Shown here piece by piece: positions 62,387-64,000 of a stretch of 64,000 nucleotides of DNA. Within the stretch, counting starts at the first letter, position 1; every line of letters starts with the position of its first letter. Position numbers and translations under genes: made by a program. Below the pieces are notes generated by a model. It had not been told where the DNA came from, did not search any database, and saw nothing but the letters and a program-made list of their open reading frames with translations. The stretch comes from Mytilus californianus (lineage: Eukaryota), in NCBI RefSeq assembly GCF_021869535.1, contig NW_026262712.1:48856001-48920000 (forward strand). The letters run 5' to 3'.

Positions 62387-64000
62387 TACAGAAAAGTCAT
62401 TCTTGCACATAGGACAGGAATTGGATTCATAAATATTTAACTTTGTTTAGCTTTGTACGTCTTAAGTTTCATTTTCAATTCAGTGAATGATCCAAAAGGT
62501 AAGTTTGTTACTTCATTTCTTACATGTACTAAATTATATTTGATTCGTTCCACCAACAATTTATGAAAGAAAATGTTTTATACTTCAAATAACATGCTTG
62601 ATTTAGGTAACGCTTCCAAAGTTTGGCCTGTCCAATTTTTACTACATTATACTTAGATCGCTGAAGTTGGAATCCATTAAAATGTTTTATTCTTCTATCA
62701 ATATATATCTCGATTCAGGAAATTTGGCCAGCGCAAGGGTGAATCTCAACTTACATTTTACTTACATTTTACATATTTCAAACTACTGCTGTACAACCGG
62801 GGTTCGAACCTCGATCTTGATCTTAAGGAATATTATATCTAACATTGGTAAAAATAAACAATTTAAGTTTGATATTAAATCCCCCTTTTTGAAAAAGGAA
62901 GTCTGGTTCATTAATGGTTTAATCGACAATGAAGAACATGTTATCTAATTGAATGGATTGGCAAAATTTATTAATACATTTACACTAACTTCCTTTATAT
63001 ACAAGTGTTTAATTTCAGAAGTTTAACCTTAAATAAAATGTCTTGACATTAAAAGTAATCAGGCTCATAACAGTATTTGTAGGATATCTCTGCTACATAT
63101 AATACTCAATAGTTTGTTGATATAACCCCACAGCTGTGTTCTTCAATATATACACAGATTTAGTGTGAGTGATCGACATTGCAAACAATTCCACTTAACG
63201 TGATGTCAGGGAACGCCTTGCACTTGGAAATGAGTTGAGCGCTTTGATCAATGTTGAAGGCATCACTCTGACTTTAAGATGAAGAACAGCAATAAAAGCA
63301 ATGTTCCTTTCTTTTTTGTATCACGAATTATTGATACACTATGTCCATTCTTTTCATCAAAATTTTTTTTTATGGCCGATTATATTAGTTGCTATTAAAT
63401 TGCTTTGAAATGCACAAACTGATCTAAAGACATATACTGTGCTTAAGGATAAAACCAAATATTATATCTGTAGAAAAATTATCTGCAATTTTAAAAAAAA
63501 GTCTCGCACAAAACTTTAAAACAGCCATTTAAAAAAAGAAGCTCAAAACTACAGTAGTGGCTCCAATATTAGGATCACCTTAATGTATTAAAAAACATAA
63601 CAAAAAAGGTTAGATATAAGACAAGCATTGACCAAGTTCATGACTTGGGATAGACATATGAATATGTGTAGGAATAAAACTAGTTTTTGAGATCTAAACC
63701 CTTCCGCTTTTAAATCTCGATCAGTTAAAGTAAAACGTGCATTAAAGAACACAAGATAAAAATGAAAAAGCAAACTCATAATTCACTTTGATTAAATGAC
63801 AAAAACACAAACACGAACAATACAGAATGCTCGCATTTTCTGAAAGTTTCAAAATTTCAAAGTACAAAATATGTTATAGCATAGTTTGATATCGTTTGCT
63901 GTGATTCATAGAGTGTTTCATACACCAACGTCACAACCAGTACAGGAATATACGATCTTATGGAACGTACTGAAATAGATTTTTGTTTTAAATTGCAAAC

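Noticed and set aside
690-63779. Most of the 60-130-aa ORFs in the supplied track
   Set aside because: Typical chance ORFs of AT-rich intronic or repeat DNA, many with non-ATG starts; only those overlapping the reconstructed exons or TE remnants were used.

Overview
AT-rich, repeat-dense eukaryotic genomic DNA. The repeat families resemble those of bivalves, probably a Mytilus-type mussel (inference). The supplied ORF track mostly misses the genes because they are spliced. By tracing splice sites I reconstructed two tandem, same-strand paralogous 9-exon genes: gene 1 CDS 4526-23198 (about 537 aa) and gene 2 CDS 36010-56090 (about 483 aa if one base is restored). Both share intron phases 1,1,0,1,1,1,1,2 and encode a type I membrane receptor: signal peptide, a C-type-lectin-like domain apparently split by an inserted 8-Cys WSC domain, a second compact CTLD, a stalk, a TM helix and a tyrosine-motif-rich tail. 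Main oddities: a 42-bp minisatellite built from gene 1's own TM-exon end plus splice donor; a 1-nt frameshift in gene 2 exon 3; a GC-AG intron; and a 4.2-kb element with CACTGTG termini, about 385-bp TIRs and a 5-bp TSD (Transib/RAG-like signature) just upstream of gene 2. The rest is nested MITEs, Helentron-like elements with satellite arrays, SINEs, a LINE 3' end, a Penelope-like fragment, degenerate hammerhead ribozymes, long hairpins and a CACTA-like element. All coordinates were hand-counted; repeat boundaries are approximate unless a TSD is given.
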